Origin: Utricularia gibba
Lineage: Eukaryota; Plantae; Magnoliophyta
Assembly: GCA_002189035.1 (NCBI GenBank)
Contig: NEEC01000069.1
Span: 1-38,316, forward strand
Direction of reading: 5' to 3'
DNA length: 38,316 bases
The notes below the pieces were generated by a model. It did no database searches. It was not told where the DNA came from and saw nothing but the letters and a program-made list of their open reading frames with translations. Below are positions 35,241-38,316 of this stretch, one piece after another. Every line of letters begins with the position of its first letter. Positions within the stretch are counted from its first letter, which is position 1. Made by a program: the position numbers and the translations under genes.

Positions 35241-36307
35241 TGACTATCTAGAAGCGAAATACATCAAATGCGGCGGGATAAACATGCAAACAATGGAATA
35301 AAGTTATGTGCTTGGAGCGGTGTTTCCGGTTTATTTGCAAAACAAGGAAGTACAGCAAGCATTTCAATTTGAAAACAGCTGGGTTGCAATTGATATCATT
35401 TTTTCATCCGTAGAAAAAGAAAAAAAAAAACGAAACCTTGAGCTCGCAGAGGGATGACCTTGGACGCGGGACTTGAGCGGATTTAAATTCCAATGCGCCA
35501 ACCCCCAGCTCCTGAATGTTTACGCGAGCATCCAATACATGAAGCAGAGTATTTACCGCCAATTGATAAAGAATCAAGAAAAAAGCTCGCCAACGAGACG
35601 CCCAGAGCATACATTCGGTTCCGACGGATAAATACTATACTAACGGTTTCTTTTCTTTTTTCAGAAAAGCAAGTACTTGAGTCTTAACGAGAACTTCAGA
35701 TTTCCGAACCCTAGAGATACTAAACGGGTAGCTCAATTACACACTTTCAGAAGCTTACCGTTGCGAATCGGAATCCAAGGAGTCGGCGACGCTTGTGGGT
35801 GGTGGCGTAGCATCTCTCCGGCGGATTGTTATCAGCAGACGATTTTCGATATTTGAATAAAAGGAACTATAAAATATTATATTTCATACACTTTATTTCT
35901 TCATCTATATAAAGTACCCCTTATAATAAAAAGAAATAAAAATTATATTTTAATGAGTAAAAGATTCCAAACATTTTTTTTGATTAAAATTTTTTTGAAT
36001 TTATTTATTAAAATTATCTTAAAGTATTACTAATCAAATACAATGTATTTCTGGAAAATCGATTTGAAAATTCAGTGACTTATGAGCAAATTAGTCCATT
36101 TTTAATTTAATTTTACATTTTTTTAGTAATATTCAAAATTTAAATTCAAAGTTTTGAACATATCTTGTTTTAAAAATTCGAAATTTTAATATTCCATAAA
36201 ATTTAAATAGTTGTATTCAAGTTTGCCATATTTGGAAATATTTTTTTAAAATGGTGTAATGATATTACTAATGAATGATAATGCGAAAAGCGAAAGGACG
36301 AGGTCCA

Positions 36308-37035
36308 TTAATACAGAAGCTGCAGATACTCGTCGTACACCTTCCCCAGCATTCTCTCGTCGCCGGCGCATTCCGGCGGCATTCCCCAACCCAGCCCCAG
36401 TAAATCCGCCTCTTCAACTTCCACTGGCGGCTGCGGCGGCGGCGGTGACGGCTGCAATTTTTTGACGCTGGTTGAGGCGCAAATCCTAATCGCCTTTGGG
36501 GCGTAAATTTTCGTCCCCTGAGTGGCACTGTTATCATTCTTGCTGCTACTGATGCTATTGCGTCCACCTTCTGGTTTCACGAACTCCTTGTGTCTGGATG
36601 GCGACGTGGTCGTCTTCTTGTGGAGATGCGTGTTCCAGTAGTTTTTAATCTCATTGTCAGTTCGACCCGGGATCCGCCCCGCTATAAGTGACCACCGGTT
36701 CCCCAGGAGACGGTGGAGGCGCAGGATGAGATCGATCTCCGCCTCGCTCATGTTGCCCCGCTTTATTCCCGGCCGGAGATAATTCATCCACCGCAACCGA
36801 CAGCTTTTCCCACAGCGCAGCAGACCTGCCCAGACACACAATACAACTGTCACGCCACTATAACAATTATCTTAAAATTGAATACATCAGAAGTAGACCA
36901 ACCGGCTTTCTCGGGAAGGGATCGCCATCGGCCCACGCCGTGCTGCTGAATGTAGCTCGAAAGAAGAGCGTCTTCCTTCGTGGACCAGGGACCTCGTCTG
37001 AGTCCAACTTTGGGGCAGCACGGAGATCTCCCCAT
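36308..37035 (-). CDS. MYBPA1: R2R3-MYB transcription factor, MYBPA1-like (216 aa, 2 exons)
   Basis: Exon 1 is 37035-36903 (133 nt; [18 protein letters not shown]) and exon 2 is 36825-36308 ([34 protein letters not shown]). It has the bHLH-interaction signature DLxxRxxxLx6LxxxR, a KIYAPKAIR box and the C-terminal [10 protein letters not shown], as I recall for the PA1 clade. Confidence 0.88.
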
Positions 37036-38060
37036 CGCACGCACTCGAAAGCTTTCACCTTTTCGCGTCTTTGCTGCGCTGTGGACATGTAGCATTTATA
37101 GCGGGACGGAGATAAGAAAAAGAAGCTCCCGGAATGCAGGTTTGCGCTGCAGAAAAGTACCACAACTCTCCATCTCCTCCTTTCATTCCACCCGACCCGG
37201 ACCCGGATAGAAACCCAAATTGGAACTGTTCCTTTTTTTTCGTTGCTGTCAAAGTTGCAACTCGTAGGCAGTAAAAATGAATAATAACTAAGGAATGTGG
37301 CGCGATGCTTGGAGATGCCGGCTGTACGTGGCGTCTCCTGAGAGCTCCACGTGTAGGGAGACTAGCCAAAGGAACGATGGAGGCGGAGGGGATTGACGTG
37401 TGGACGCACACACCATGCATTTTCACGTCGTCAGTAATTAATTACCTTACCTACACCTACCTCCTTCAATTAGGGCATGCCCCACTCAACACTCTCATTA
37501 ACTGTAGGTGATCGATTACATGAATTTACAATTTCTTATTTCATTTTTTTTAAGAATAAGATGCATAAATTAAATATATAGAGATTAAATATTTCGAACA
37601 CTTACTCATTTAACTACATTATAATAAAGATATTATACTTGGTACAAACATTTTGAAATTTTTTTATATGCTAAATAATTATTTATTATATAATATTCTC
37701 TATCAAATATTTCAATTTTGTCTAGTTTTTTTTTTATTTTTATACAAATAAATAAAGGGCACGTTTTAAATAAATCAAATATAGCATAAACTAAAATTTG
37801 AAGTTATGTTTAAAACAAATTCTATTTTTGAAAAAAAAAACTATTAAAAATAGTTTTATTAAAAAATGAGCGAATTCTGTTACAAAAAAATCATAAATTC
37901 ATGAATATTTTTTATTTTTAAGAAGATGTAAACCTAATTTTTATTTTTCAAACATTGATTTTTAAGAAACATAACCAATCAAAGATTTCATTTACTTGCA
38001 GGTGAATTTGAGTCGACAGGCATTGGGTTTAGTACCCATTTTTCGGCAGTTGATTGGTCT

Positions 38061-38095
38061 TGGGCCCATTGGGCCTGTGGTCAGGGAGAGGCCCA
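38061..38095. promoter_or_regulatory. Site II motif cluster, possibly the promoter of a gene at or beyond the right edge
   Basis: TGGGCCCA at 38061, TGGGCC at 38070 and GGCCCA at 38090. Confidence 0.35.
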
Positions 38096-38316
38096 CAGCG
38101 GTAAATTAAAATTGGGGAAAAAGTGAAACACTATTTTGAGTTGACTTGGCTAGTGTAAATAATTTGTTTTATGGATGTTTAGCACTTGGAGTTGTGTTAT
38201 AATGGGATGGTTTGGATGTATAATTAATGGTTAATTATTAATTGGAAATATTGGGAAAAAGGTTTTGTATTGCTATCGTTCACTTTTACAGAGGACACCG
38301 GCGGTGGTGGTGTGGC

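Noticed and set aside
36690-36700. Absence of the usual second intron (after GNR) in the R2R3-MYB
   Set aside because: As I recall, two-exon structure is normal in the MYB5/MYBPA1 clade, so it is not novel.
1-38316. rRNA, tRNA, CRISPR arrays, transposase or retroelement ORFs, known miRNA sequences
   Set aside because: None was recognised by eye on either strand. tRNAscan, Infernal and RepeatMasker were not run, so small ncRNAs cannot be excluded.

Overview
Gene-dense plant nuclear DNA, probably from a eudicot, with short (about 65-90 nt) GT-AG introns and AT-rich intergenic spacers. The compactness suggests a miniature genome such as Lentibulariaceae (inference only). Recognisable genes in order: RabB1/Rab2 exon 1 (-), a NOI/RIN4-like small protein (-), SDH2 (+), a cystinosin homolog (+), a PGAP1-like GPI inositol-deacylase (+), a SKIP14-like F-box protein (+), an ankyrin-repeat protein (+), an LHT1-like amino-acid transporter (+), a tail-anchored protein of unknown function (+), BAG7-like (+), a PMEI (-), trehalase (+), a TruA pseudouridine synthase (-) and a MYBPA1-like R2R3-MYB (-). 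Two decayed genes are also present: WVD2-like/TPX2-type and ALIS/CDC50. The most notable items missing from the ORF track are a spliced 69-aa secreted peptide with an 8-Cys pattern I cannot assign to a family, and a second possible multi-exon secreted peptide. Also notable are a cystinosin paralog with altered substrate-site residues and a uORF created by duplication of a gene's own start. At least 8 net -1 frameshifts, mostly at G/C runs, interrupt otherwise conserved genes and most likely reflect assembly errors. All family assignments come from remembered motifs; no database search was run.
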